64,000 nucleotides of DNA from Candidatus Woesebacteria bacterium (GCA_050123235.1 JASFHL010000004.1:40558-104557), one strand, 5' to 3'. Shown: positions 54,357 through 63,648, counted from the first letter of the stretch. Program-made: numbers and translations. Notes: generated from the letters alone by a model not told the origin.

Positions 54357-57284
54357 TTATTCAAAACTCACACCAAAAAAAGCATGAGTTTTCTGATCAT
54401 CTTCAAATTCTATTACTTGACCATTTACCTGTGCTTTGGGAGCAATTAAACTTGGCTTTAGAGTCAATGGGTAAATTAAGAGGACAGGATGGCTTTTTTC
54501 TACTAAACCAGCTTGTTTCTGGCTAAAAAATAAATAGGAAAAGGGTTTTTCCAGACTTTTATTAATGCTATAAGAAATTTCTAGATCAGCTTCTTCTTGA
54601 GAGGGGACTTCTATTAAAACTCCAAAAACTTGTCTGCCCTTATCTTGATAACTTAGTATTTCTTGACTACTTAACTTGCTTTGATTAAAACTAATCTCTG
54701 CCAACTTAGCTCCTGAAGGAACAAAGAATCTTAAATAAGTTTTATAATCTCCTAAAGGCCACAAATTTGATCTAGAATTATTCTTAAACTTAATTTGACG
54801 TTTATGAACTATTCCTTGTTCATTCAATTTAATAATGTGTTTTGTTTCTCGATCAATATAATTATTTACCTGTTTGATATTTACATTTGCTTCCACTTGA
54901 TAAAAAGTGTCAATAAAACAATTGCTGCTAGCAAAATAAACTGGGCACTCTGGATCTACAAAAGCCCCAGACCAGGCAATATTATCAACTACCGATAATT
55001 CATTTTTATCTGAAAAATTAAGATAGCTTTGTTTTGAATCTAAAGAATCTCTAAAAATTTTCATTAAGATTAAAATCTTATCTTCTGCTGCATTTTGAAT
55101 TTGATAAATTACCCTTTTTAAAAGTAGAGTAGAGTAATCGCGATCTTTGGCATGAAACTCCAATCTCTCAAATAAATTTTTATCAGTAATTGTTTCATTG
55201 TTTTCTGGAATATTAATCGGCCCTAATTCCTTAATTAAATCCCTAATCAAAAAATAATTGACAGCCACAACACCATCAACTTCCTTTCCCAGAGATTCTT
55301 TTAAAAACCACTTACTATGTGAGGCTGTATTTATAAAATTCGGATCCCAATTGCTATCTCTGAAATAAAAGTTTTTCTCTCCTAAAAAATTAACAATTTC
55401 CACTGGGGGAGAGATAAAACCAGCCAATCTATTATCCACCTCATAGGAACTTAAAACTTGACTGTCAATTAAAACCCCTTGGTCAAAAGTTATTAATGCA
55501 ACCGCTTGAATAAAACCTCCAGTGGGTCTTAACTCTAAATTGTTTTGCAATAAAACGGCATAGGTTCTTTTACTTTTACCAGCAAAAACATTTAACAAAA
55601 TTGATTTTAATTGCTCAAAAGCAGCTGCTCTTTTTTTGTTTTCAGTTACTTTCTCTTGATAATCTTCAATCGTTTTTTGATTTTCAAGAGAAAAACTCTC
55701 AACGTTAATCTCTTTCATTTCTGCCTGCAAAAGAGAAAGCCCTTCATAATACTTTTTAGACAAGGCGGAAATATCATTAAAATTTTTATTTAAGTTGCCA
55801 TCTTTACGTCCCAAAACATACAAAGCCATTTCTTTTTTTGCTTGATTTAAGCTTTTTAAAGCCTCACCAAGTTCTATAATCTTATTAGAGATATTTACAA
55901 TCTTTGAAGACTCTTCTAAAGCTTCTGCGCTTAAAAAGGATTGGTAAAACCCAAGTTGTTTTTCTTGAAAACTTGTAAATTTAGATTTTTCTAATTCTTG
56001 CTCAACAACTTGATTTATGAGAAAAGAATCTGTTAGTAAGCCTATTAATGTTTTTTTTGTCTGGTAATTAGAAAAGTTAAAAGTAAATAATAAAAACAAA
56101 GGTAAAATACCTAGAAAAATAAAGGCAATTCCTCCCCAAAATAAGAATTTTTTTCTTTTACTTTTTTTGGTAATTTTCTTAATCTTTTGAAAATTACTAA
56201 CTGTTCTTTCTATCTTTTCTTCTAAACGATTTTCTTTAAAAATGTTTTTTAACTCATGATCAAGAGGATCAACAGCTTTGTCTTTGCTTATTGTTTCTTT
56301 TGCCTTGGACTTGATTATTTTAAGCTTATCTTTTCTCAAGATATCTTTTTTAGCTGCTCTACTAGAGCCTGTCTTTTTATTTACTGACAAAGCTAAGTCT
56401 AGCTCTTCTGGTTTTAAAACCTGTTTTAATTTGCTAGTAACTTGGAATATTTCTTGATTATTAAGATGAGAAAGCAAATCTAATTCATCAACTAAAGCAG
56501 GTAGTAAGCGAAGCTTTCCGTCAAGTAAACGGTTGATGTCTTCTTCTATTTTACAAATGATCATTGTCGATTTATCAAAGCTTTTTCTTTTAGCAAAAAG
56601 TTTCACAATTTTAAATTTTTGATCAAAGTATTGATAATAAAGTTCAGCTAAATCTTGACAGAGTTTAGTGCTAGACACAGCTTGCCCTTTAACTAAAATA
56701 TTTTTAGATTCATGAGGTTTTAAGATTTGATTTTTTATAGCTTTAAAAAACTCCTGATCTGAGTGCAAGTAAAAATCTATTTGAGGATTAAGCAAAATTC
56801 CTTTTTTAATTCCAGAAAATAAAAATCTTAAAGGATAAGAAATCTTTTCGTTACTTTCAACTAAATCTTGAGCTGTAATAATTAAAGCGTCCTTAAGTTG
56901 TTCTTGGCAGGTTTCTAAAAAAAACAACTCATCTTTGTATTTATCCTGCCAGTCTTTAAAAATTTTTTCACTTTGTTTTACTGTAGAACAAATTTTTGTT
57001 AGAATTATTTTTGCTTCATCTCTTGTCTTTAGAAACTCAATTATCTTGTTATAGAGTAGAGAATCGTAATCTGAAAATCCATAAATAAAAATAATTTTAT
57101 AAAAGTTTAAGTTTTTAAATTTTTGAAAATCTGACAAGTTTTTAAAAGTTTGTGGGGAAAGATAGCTTGCTTCAATTTCTTGTTCTTGCAAAAAACTTTT
57201 CAAGAATTCACTCAAAGCACAAGTTTCGGAAATTAACAGTATTTTTAAATTTTCTTCAGTAGATTGGGTAAGCAAAGAAGCCAT
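54357..57284 (-). CDS. DUF4012 domain-containing membrane protein
   Basis: Central TM, then Y.VLLQNN.ELRPTGGFI, FRDSNWDPNF, VDGVVAVN, and Y..YLRF.VP.G. Confidence 0.85.
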   Translation of the reverse strand: MASLLTQSTEENLKILLISETCALSEFLKSFLQEQEIEASYLSPQTFKNLSDFQKFKNLNFYKIIFIYGFSDYDSLLYNKIIEFLKTRDEAKIILTKICSTVKQSEKIFKDWQDKYKDELFFLETCQEQLKDALIITAQDLVESNEKISYPLRFLFSGIKKGILLNPQIDFYLHSDQEFFKAIKNQILKPHESKNILVKGQAVSSTKLCQDLAELYYQYFDQKFKIVKLFAKRKSFDKSTMIICKIEEDINRLLDGKLRLLPALVDELDLLSHLNNQEIFQVTSKLKQVLKPEELDLALSVNKKTGSSRAAKKDILRKDKLKIIKSKAKETISKDKAVDPLDHELKNIFKENRLEEKIERTVSNFQKIKKITKKSKRKKFLFWGGIAFIFLGILPLFLLFTFNFSNYQTKKTLIGLLTDSFLINQVVEQELEKSKFTSFQEKQLGFYQSFLSAEALEESSKIVNISNKIIELGEALKSLNQAKKEMALYVLGRKDGNLNKNFNDISALSKKYYEGLSLLQAEMKEINVESFSLENQKTIEDYQEKVTENKKRAAAFEQLKSILLNVFAGKSKRTYAVLLQNNLELRPTGGFIQAVALITFDQGVLIDSQVLSSYEVDNRLAGFISPPVEIVNFLGEKNFYFRDSNWDPNFINTASHSKWFLKESLGKEVDGVVAVNYFLIRDLIKELGPINIPENNETITDKNLFERLEFHAKDRDYSTLLLKRVIYQIQNAAEDKILILMKIFRDSLDSKQSYLNFSDKNELSVVDNIAWSGAFVDPECPVYFASSNCFIDTFYQVEANVNIKQVNNYIDRETKHIIKLNEQGIVHKRQIKFKNNSRSNLWPLGDYKTYLRFFVPSGAKLAEISFNQSKLSSQEILSYQDKGRQVFGVLIEVPSQEEADLEISYSINKSLEKPFSYLFFSQKQAGLVEKSHPVLLIYPLTLKPSLIAPKAQVNGQVIEFEDDQKTHAFFGVSFE

Positions 57285-57424
57285 AAGCAGTATTAATTAT
57301 AAAGCGAGTTCCAAATTAAAGCAGGATTGAAATAGTGATTTAAACTAGATATTATTTTTAGAAAGGAACATTGTTTTATAGCGAACGACTCTAAATTAAA
57401 GTATTATGAGTTTTAAATAACTCT

Positions 57425-57883
57425 CTAAAGCAATTCTGAGTCACTATTATCAATCGCTTCATTAGCTAAGCGATCAGCTTCTTTGTTTTTTTCACGAGAG
57501 ATGTATGTTACTTTTGTAGGGTAGGGGAGCAATGCTAATTTTTGCCAAGCCTCCTTAACAAAAACTTTTAATCTATCTTCTTTTACTTTCCAATTTTTAT
57601 TTATCTGTTCCACCACTAGCTTTGAGTCTAAATGCCACTTAGCAGCATCAATCTCGTGTTTTTGACTATAATTACTTATCCAAACTAAAGATTTTAAAAA
57701 AGCTAGATATTCTGCTTCATTATTAGTTTTTTTTCCCAAAAATAAAGATTGCTGAAAAACTTCATCTTTATCTTGATCAATAACATAGATTCCAGCTCCA
57801 GCCAAGCCGGGATTTCCACGAGAAGCTCCGTCTGTAAAAATTATTAATTGTTTTTTATTTTTAAAATGATGATTAGCAGACAT
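57425..57883 (-). CDS. rnhA: Ribonuclease HI (archaeal-like type)
   Basis: FTDGASRGNPG.AGAG, TNNEAEY.A, DSKLVV.Q....WKVK, REKNKEAD.LANEAID. Confidence 0.93.
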   Translation of the reverse strand: MSANHHFKNKKQLIIFTDGASRGNPGLAGAGIYVIDQDKDEVFQQSLFLGKKTNNEAEYLAFLKSLVWISNYSQKHEIDAAKWHLDSKLVVEQINKNWKVKEDRLKVFVKEAWQKLALLPYPTKVTYISREKNKEADRLANEAIDNSDSELL

Positions 57884-57897
57884 TTTTATTTTTAAAA

Positions 57898-58356
57898 CTA
57901 TTCTTCTTTTAATCTAATTGTCAAAACTCTTCCTTCTGGGGTGTCTTCTGAAACAGTTTCCAATGAATCAGCAGATTCACTTTCAGCAATCACCGTATGA
58001 ATCAAATGCCTTTCATAAGAATTTAAATCAAAAAACAAATAAGGCTTAGCTGTATCTAAAACAAGCTGAGCCTTTCTTAAAGCTCTATCTTTTACTTTTT
58101 CATCTTTATCAGCTTTATAATGATTAATATCAACTACTATTTTCTTTTCTTCTTTATCTTGGAAGATAGTTCTTAATAAATGCTCTATTGATTTAAGAGT
58201 TTCTCCGTTTTTCCCAATAAATAGGCTTGATTGGTTTTTATCTAAATCTAATGAAAATTCAATCCTTGAGTCTGTTTCATTAATTTTAATATCAAATTCA
58301 TCTTCAGCTAAATCTAAATAAGCAAAAAATTTTTTTAAATACGATTTAATTGTCAT
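57898..58356 (-). CDS. jag: Jag/KhpB-like KH-R3H RNA-binding protein
   Basis: KH motif IGKNGETL.SI; R3H motif LNSYERH.IH; follows yidC. Confidence 0.85.
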   Translation of the reverse strand: MTIKSYLKKFFAYLDLAEDEFDIKINETDSRIEFSLDLDKNQSSLFIGKNGETLKSIEHLLRTIFQDKEEKKIVVDINHYKADKDEKVKDRALRKAQLVLDTAKPYLFFDLNSYERHLIHTVIAESESADSLETVSEDTPEGRVLTIRLKEE

Positions 58357-58382
58357 AAATTTTTTATTTTTATTAAAATTTT

Positions 58383-59150
58383 TTAGTCTGTTTTTCTAGC
58401 AAGCAGTCTTTGAGTATATAGCTTTAAGCCTCCCAAACCAGAAACAAAATATTGTTGGATAATACTAAAAACAGTGGTTGTAATCCAATACAAAGCCATA
58501 CCTGAAGGAAATCTTAAAGCAATTAAAGCCGTCATCACTGGCATCACAAAAATCATTTGCTTTTGCATCATGGCAGCCATTTCAGCCATGTCTTCTTCTT
58601 TTTCATTAGCTTTTTTAACTTTTTTTGATCTACTTTTATTAGGCACAATATCTGGAACTTCTCCTCCTGGAGAAATCATCAAGGCCAAAAACAATTGACT
58701 TATTCCTGCAAAAATAGGCAAGAAGTATCGCTGATCAGGCTGAGTTAAATCAAGCCATAAAAAACTATTGTTGATTACCTGACCATCAATTTCAACAGCT
58801 CCATTGTTAATAAAAGACATCAAAGCCTTATACAAAACAATTAAGATAAGCAATTGCAAAATTTGAGGCAAGCAGCCGGCCACTGGATTTACATTATATT
58901 TTTTATAAAGTTCGAGTTGAGCCATCTGTAAAGCTTTTTTATCATTTTTATGTTTTTTCTTAAGTTTGTCGAGTTCTGGCTTCATCTTTGTCATTTTTTT
59001 TCTTGATTTTAAAGAAGGTAGAGTTAGGGGAATCAATAAAGATCTGATTGCTATTGTAAAAACAATAATAGCAATGCCCATATTTCCTACAAGAGAGTAG
59101 AGCATTAACAATAAATTAGAAAAAAGTTCGACTAAAGTTGACATAATCAA
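58383..59150 (-). CDS. yidC: Membrane protein insertase YidC
   Basis: GIAII.FTI.IR..L.PL, LYK...VNP.AGCLP, FLWLDL..PD, PSG.ALYW......I.QQ. Confidence 0.95.
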   Translation of the reverse strand: MIMSTLVELFSNLLLMLYSLVGNMGIAIIVFTIAIRSLLIPLTLPSLKSRKKMTKMKPELDKLKKKHKNDKKALQMAQLELYKKYNVNPVAGCLPQILQLLILIVLYKALMSFINNGAVEIDGQVINNSFLWLDLTQPDQRYFLPIFAGISQLFLALMISPGGEVPDIVPNKSRSKKVKKANEKEEDMAEMAAMMQKQMIFVMPVMTALIALRFPSGMALYWITTTVFSIIQQYFVSGLGGLKLYTQRLLARKTD

Positions 59151-59175
59151 TAAATCCTTTTAATTAATGAAAAAA

Positions 59176-59367
59176 CTACCAGCAACTGATAATTCTCCAT
59201 AAAGCTCTAATTAACCCAACAATTGTACCATGTTTTTTGATTTCTACTATCGCATATTGACTACAGCTAGGATTATGCTTACAAACACTAACATAACCAA
59301 AAACAGAAAATAAAATTTGTTCTTTTATTTTTGCTAAGTGCTGGTAAAATTTAATTATTAAAAACAT
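59176..59367 (-). CDS. yidD: Membrane protein insertion efficiency factor YidD
   Basis: I.FYQ, CK..PSCS.YA...I.KHG...G......RI..C. Confidence 0.88.
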   Translation of the reverse strand: MFLIIKFYQHLAKIKEQILFSVFGYVSVCKHNPSCSQYAIVEIKKHGTIVGLIRALWRIISCW

Positions 59368-59447
59368 ATTTTCAAATTTTTATTTAATAATGTATTATAT
59401 ACTTTTGTTTTACTTATAAAATTAAAATAAAAAAAGAAAAATAGATT

Positions 59448-59714
59448 ATGAAATGGAGAAGGAAAGACGATGAACCAATTTCTGAAGGACCACCCTGTCC
59501 AAGGTGTTACAGCACTATGTATGCTAAAAGTTCCCAGTGGTTCTGCCCCAACCCGAAGTGTGATTTCAGCGAGGGCGGGTCTTTATCCAATTATCCAAAA
59601 TACTTTGGATCCATTGATGATGATGTCCAAAAAGCAAGATTACTAGCTGCTGCTAGAAGACGCAGAGAAAAAGCTGAAAAGAAAAAGAAAAAACGAGGAA
59701 AAAAGAGAAGATAA
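59448..59714 (+). CDS. Small zinc-ribbon protein with basic tail
   Basis: CPRC-x11-CPNPKC followed by a K/R-rich C-terminus. Confidence 0.65.
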   Translation: MKWRRKDDEPISEGPPCPRCYSTMYAKSSQWFCPNPKCDFSEGGSLSNYPKYFGSIDDDVQKARLLAAARRRREKAEKKKKKRGKKRR

Positions 59715-59723
59715 TCCTTCTCT

Positions 59724-60092
59724 CTAAAATATTTTTTTTAAACTCTTAAACAACTCTTTTCTCAATCCCTCAAAACTTAGATCTTTCAACTTAGACTTTG
59801 CCATCAGAATCATTTTTAAGCTATTTTTCCTTTTGTTTTCAAGAGATAAAGCTTTATCTTTTAAATAAAATTCTTTTATTAGCTGATAAAGCTGTCGCTT
59901 TAATTTATTTCTAAGCACTGCTTTATTAGCAATTTTTTTGGGAATAACAACTGCAAACTGATCAAAGTTTTCTTTTTGATCTTCTAAAAGATAAAAAATA
60001 GTAAAATAGGGAGAGAATATCTTCTTTGCTTTTTTAAAAAAGATAGAGTTTACTTGAAGTCTTAAGTTTAAGCGATTTTTTTTAGCAAGCAT
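59724..60092 (-). CDS. rnpA: Ribonuclease P protein component
   Basis: ML.KKNRL and FAVVI.KK...KAV.RNKLKRQL (RNR-type motif); follows rpmH. Confidence 0.9.
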   Translation of the reverse strand: MLAKKNRLNLRLQVNSIFFKKAKKIFSPYFTIFYLLEDQKENFDQFAVVIPKKIANKAVLRNKLKRQLYQLIKEFYLKDKALSLENKRKNSLKMILMAKSKLKDLSFEGLRKELFKSLKKIF

Positions 60093-60131
60093 TATCTTAT
60101 TTTAAACCTCAATTATAAAAAGGCAAAACTA

Positions 60132-60281
60132 CTAGACTTTCTTTTTAACAGTTAGCTTTTTTCTGCCTTTTTTTCTTCGTCTCTTAAGCACTAATCTACC
60201 AGTTAAGCTTTTCATTCTCTTTAAAAAGCCATGCTTTCTCATTCTTTTTTTCTTTTTGGGATTCCAGGTTCTCTTTGGCAT
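60132..60281 (-). CDS. rpmH: 50S ribosomal protein L34
   Basis: Not in the ORF track (49 aa): [49 protein letters not shown]. Confidence 0.96.
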   Translation of the reverse strand: MPKRTWNPKKKKRMRKHGFLKRMKSLTGRLVLKRRRKKGRKKLTVKKKV

Positions 60282-60350
60282 AAGTGGCAATTATATCAAT
60301 AAAATTAAATAATTAAAACTACTGATATCTTAAAAATGAGTAGATCTGTT

Positions 60351-60509
60351 GAACATTAATTTAGATAAATTTTGGACACGTTCGCTGCAGCATTAGTCTT
60401 ATTTTTAAGATACAAGGCTCACTCGGTGAAGCTCGGTAGTGAATAAATTGCTTATTCAAGTCTAACCAGACCTCGCTTCAACGGTCAAAATTTATCTAAA
60501 TTAATATTC
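60351..60509 (-). ncRNA. Dispersed structured element, full copy E
   Basis: 24-bp arms at 60351-60374 / 60486-60509 with 1 mismatch (G-U on the minus strand). Minus-strand core CGTTGAAGCGAGGTCTGGTTAG..CACTACCGAGCTTCACCGAGTGAGCCTTGTATC..GCAGCGAACG. Confidence 0.7.
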
Positions 60510-60526
60510 TAACTAATCTATTATTT

Positions 60527-61642
60527 TTAATTATTAACCCTAAACGGCATAATTATATGTTTATATCCTTCAAGCTCCTCTGGCTTAAACATAGCTGGTT
60601 TTAAGCTTTCATTTATTCCTATCCAAACTGTCTCGGCTTTAGTGTTATTTAAAAAATCTAATAAATACCTAGCATTAAAAGCAATTTCTTCTTCAAAATC
60701 ACTTTTATTTTTCTTCAGCAACTCAATTGTTCCTTGATAATTACCAAAACTGGGCGAGGAAGAATTAACACAAATTTTTTCATTGTTAATTTTAAGTTTA
60801 ATAATATTAGAAACATCTTTAGCTAAAATATAAGCTCTTTTAATCTCTGCTAAAAGTAAATCAGCACTTAGCACCACTTGATAGTTATAAGAATCAGGAA
60901 TTATTTTTTCATAAGGTGGGAAATCACCTTCAATTAATCTAACAAATAATTCATAGCCATTAATAATAAATTTTATTTGTTTTAACTCTTCAGAAACCTC
61001 CAAAATAGTTTTTTCAGACTGAGACTGATTCATCATTCTAAAAACTTCTGATATAGCCTTTACAGGGACTAAAAAAGTTCTTTCTCGTTTAAATTTAAGA
61101 CTATCTTCTAATAAAACACTTAATCTAAAACCATCTGTAGCAACTACTTCTAAACCATTATTACTTAATTTTAATAAAATTGAAGTTAAGATCGGTCGAG
61201 TTTGGTCTGTGCTGGTACTAAAACTAACCAATTTTTCAATTTTCTCTAAAACTTCCTTTGAAAGTTCATATTTTTCTCCTTTAATTTTAGGAAAATCAGG
61301 ATATTCACTTGCATCTTGAAATGGTAATTTAACTTTGCTCTGATTTGATTTTACATTGATAGCTGATTTTTTTTGTTCAAAGGAAATTTTACCTGGATTA
61401 AATGAATAGATCATTTGTTTAAACACATCTCCTGGAATCACTATTGAACCTGGCTTTTCAACTTCTGCCAAAATTTTACCTTTGATCCCTAAATAAAGGT
61501 CTGTAGCTGAAAAAACAACTTCATTATCTTTGGCTTCCATTAAAATAGAAGAGAGAATAGGTAAGTTTGGCTTGTTAGGAATTGCTTTTTGTAAAAAGTT
61601 TAAACATTGTTTTAAGTTTTCTTGTAAACAGTTGAATTTCAT
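60527..61642 (-). CDS. dnaN: DNA polymerase III beta sliding clamp
   Basis: PILS.IL, ATDL, RPILT.I, VATDGFRLS, RLIEG.FP.YE.IIP, AFNARYLLDFL, IIMP. Confidence 0.97.
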   Translation of the reverse strand: MKFNCLQENLKQCLNFLQKAIPNKPNLPILSSILMEAKDNEVVFSATDLYLGIKGKILAEVEKPGSIVIPGDVFKQMIYSFNPGKISFEQKKSAINVKSNQSKVKLPFQDASEYPDFPKIKGEKYELSKEVLEKIEKLVSFSTSTDQTRPILTSILLKLSNNGLEVVATDGFRLSVLLEDSLKFKRERTFLVPVKAISEVFRMMNQSQSEKTILEVSEELKQIKFIINGYELFVRLIEGDFPPYEKIIPDSYNYQVVLSADLLLAEIKRAYILAKDVSNIIKLKINNEKICVNSSSPSFGNYQGTIELLKKNKSDFEEEIAFNARYLLDFLNNTKAETVWIGINESLKPAMFKPEELEGYKHIIMPFRVNN

Positions 61643-61981
61643 AAAATTGATTATACTTTACTTTAATATCTAATAAATTAATAAATTTAGTTGTAGTAAT
61701 AGTAAGCGTTGTTGAAAAGTTAATAACTTTTATTTTTTTATCTAAAAAACGAATAAATAAAGTTGTGAAAAAAACGCTTTTTTTCCTTAATAAAGTTCTT
61801 AGTAAAATTGGTAAATATTTTTTAGAACTCTTATTTTTTTCACTTTTAAGATTTTTTTTTAACAATAATTCACGATTAATTAAGTATGTTTTTTACATAG
61901 TTTTCCACAAAAGTGGAAAAGTTATTGGTAAAAGATATTTTTTTAATTCAACTTGTTTTAAAAAAAGACTTATAGATAAGT
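61643..61981. other. Replication origin (oriC, dnaA-dnaN intergenic part)
   Basis: AT-rich. DnaA boxes matching TTWTNCACA at 61901-61909 (+) and 61764-61772 (-); near-matches at 61710-61718 and 61912-61920; DnaA-trio-like run TAG TTG TAG TAA TAG TAA at 61688-61705. Confidence 0.8.
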
Positions 61982-63550
61982 TTAAAAAGAGTTTTTTATC
62001 AACTTTCTTCTTAGTTCACTAATATCTTGTTTTAGAAAACTATCTTGATCAATTAAAGCAGTTATTTTTCTAAAAGCATGCATAACACTAGTATGATCTC
62101 TGTTGGAAAACCACTTACCAATCTCTACAAATGAAATATGAAGCTCAGTTTTGAGTAAGAACATTGCTACATGTCTGGCTTTTACTAGATCTTTGTTTCT
62201 TCTTTTGCCTTTGATAGATATTTGTTTAAAGTTGTAAAACTTGGCAACTTCTTTAATCACTGTATCAGGTCTAATTCTGATTCTGGGTTTATTTTTACTT
62301 TCTTCCTTGGCAAGGATTGAGTCTATTAATTCGCTTGATAAGGGCTGTTGTTTAAGTTCTATAGCAGATCTAACAGAAGTAATAACACCTTCAATTTTTC
62401 TAGCACTGTCAACTTTTTCAGCAATCTGTTGAGCTAGATCAATAGCTAGGTTTAGATTATTTGCTTGCGCTTTAATTAAGACAATGGCTGCTCTAAGTTC
62501 AAGAGAGGGTTGTTGAATGTCTATCATTAAACCTGCTTGAAAGCGAGAGCGAAGTCTATCTTCCATGAGATTAATTTCATGAGGTGGTCGGTCTGAAGTT
62601 AAGATGATTTGTGATTGTAAGCTAATCAAGGCATTAAAGGTATGAAAAAATTCTTCTTGGACAGCGTTTTTACCAGCAATAAATTGAACATCATCAAGCA
62701 ATAAAATTTGAATGTTTCTAAATTTTTGTTTAAAGCGAAGTGCTTTTTTGGTTTGAATAGCACTGATGATTTCATTGGTAAATTCTTCACCAGTGCAATA
62801 AATGATTCTGGTTTCTGGGTTGCTTTTTAAAATATTATGACCAATAGCGTGCATTAGATGAGTTTTGCCAACTCCTACACCGCCGTATAAAAAAAGAGGG
62901 TTGTAGGCAGTGCCAGGTTTTTTTGAGACAGCAACAGCAGCAGCATGAGCCATTTCATTGGTGGTGGAGACAGCAAAGTTTTTAAAAGTATGATTTGGTC
63001 TAAGACCAATTCGTCTAGCAGCATTAATGGCTCTATCTTGAAGAGTTTGCTGGATAGTTTGTTTAGAAAAAAGATCTTCTACTCGTGGAGAAATATTACT
63101 GCTAGCATTAGTAATTGAAGCAAAGTTGAGTTTGGGGTTAAGATTAGGTTTATGTTGATTTGTTGAGGATTGAAGATTTTGAGAAGCTTGGTTAGGATTT
63201 ATTTTTCGAAAACCTTGTTTTTGTTTAAAATTTGATTGTTTTTTTGTAGCAGAATCTATTTGTTGAGGATCTCTTACTTGAAATTCTAAGTCAATTGTTT
63301 TTTTTAAAATCCTTTCAATTGAGTTTTTTAGTTGAGTGTAAAGATTTTTTTTAAGATTTGCTGCATGAAAGGCAGTTGGGGTACTAATTACTCCAGAAGC
63401 CCTGTTCTGATCTGTGTTTTTAATTTCTGTTAAAGGATTTGTAAGAATCCAAGTGTTAAAAGCCGCTGGAGTAAGTTGGCTTTTTAGATCTTCGCAAACC
63501 AGTTGCCAAATGTTTTTTACTTCTTCTGGAGGGAGAGCTTGATCAATCAT
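61982..63550 (-). CDS. dnaA: Chromosomal replication initiator DnaA
   Basis: YNPLFLYGGVGVGKTHLMHAIG, LLDDVQF, QEEFFHTFN, RLRSRF, RDHTSVMHA; long domain II linker. Confidence 0.98.
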   Translation of the reverse strand: MIDQALPPEEVKNIWQLVCEDLKSQLTPAAFNTWILTNPLTEIKNTDQNRASGVISTPTAFHAANLKKNLYTQLKNSIERILKKTIDLEFQVRDPQQIDSATKKQSNFKQKQGFRKINPNQASQNLQSSTNQHKPNLNPKLNFASITNASSNISPRVEDLFSKQTIQQTLQDRAINAARRIGLRPNHTFKNFAVSTTNEMAHAAAVAVSKKPGTAYNPLFLYGGVGVGKTHLMHAIGHNILKSNPETRIIYCTGEEFTNEIISAIQTKKALRFKQKFRNIQILLLDDVQFIAGKNAVQEEFFHTFNALISLQSQIILTSDRPPHEINLMEDRLRSRFQAGLMIDIQQPSLELRAAIVLIKAQANNLNLAIDLAQQIAEKVDSARKIEGVITSVRSAIELKQQPLSSELIDSILAKEESKNKPRIRIRPDTVIKEVAKFYNFKQISIKGKRRNKDLVKARHVAMFLLKTELHISFVEIGKWFSNRDHTSVMHAFRKITALIDQDSFLKQDISELRRKLIKNSF

Positions 63551-63627
63551 ATCTTTAGTGGGCTAAAGTATAGTTAATTATTAATTTTTAGGCAGGAAAA
63601 ATAAAGTGAGTTTATTCTATTGATCTT

Positions 63628-63648
63628 TTATACACAGATTTATCCACA
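63628..63648. promoter_or_regulatory. Tandem DnaA boxes upstream of dnaA
   Basis: TTATACACA (63628-63636) and the perfect TTATCCACA (63640-63648). Confidence 0.85.

Noticed and set aside
10941-60509. Dispersed element as integron attC sites
   Set aside because: The core reads GTT...AAC on both strands, the reverse of the RYYYAAC...GTTRRRY order. Copies follow core genes such as dnaN and mvk, and there is no integrase.
10941-60509. Dispersed element as a CRISPR array
   Set aside because: Copies are about 155 bp long and kilobases apart, with no repeat-spacer periodicity and no cas genes.
61575-62022. ORFs 61575..61865(-) and 61765..62022(+)
   Set aside because: K/F/L-rich translations of AT-rich oriC DNA that overlap dnaN and dnaA.
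267-62432. Remaining short ORF-track entries nested in or antisense to called genes (for example 267..464, 5362..5823, 10374..10808, 43815..44174, 47431..47745, 50318..50596, 54311..54526)
   Set aside because: Shadow frames of well-supported genes, with no motifs or translation signals.
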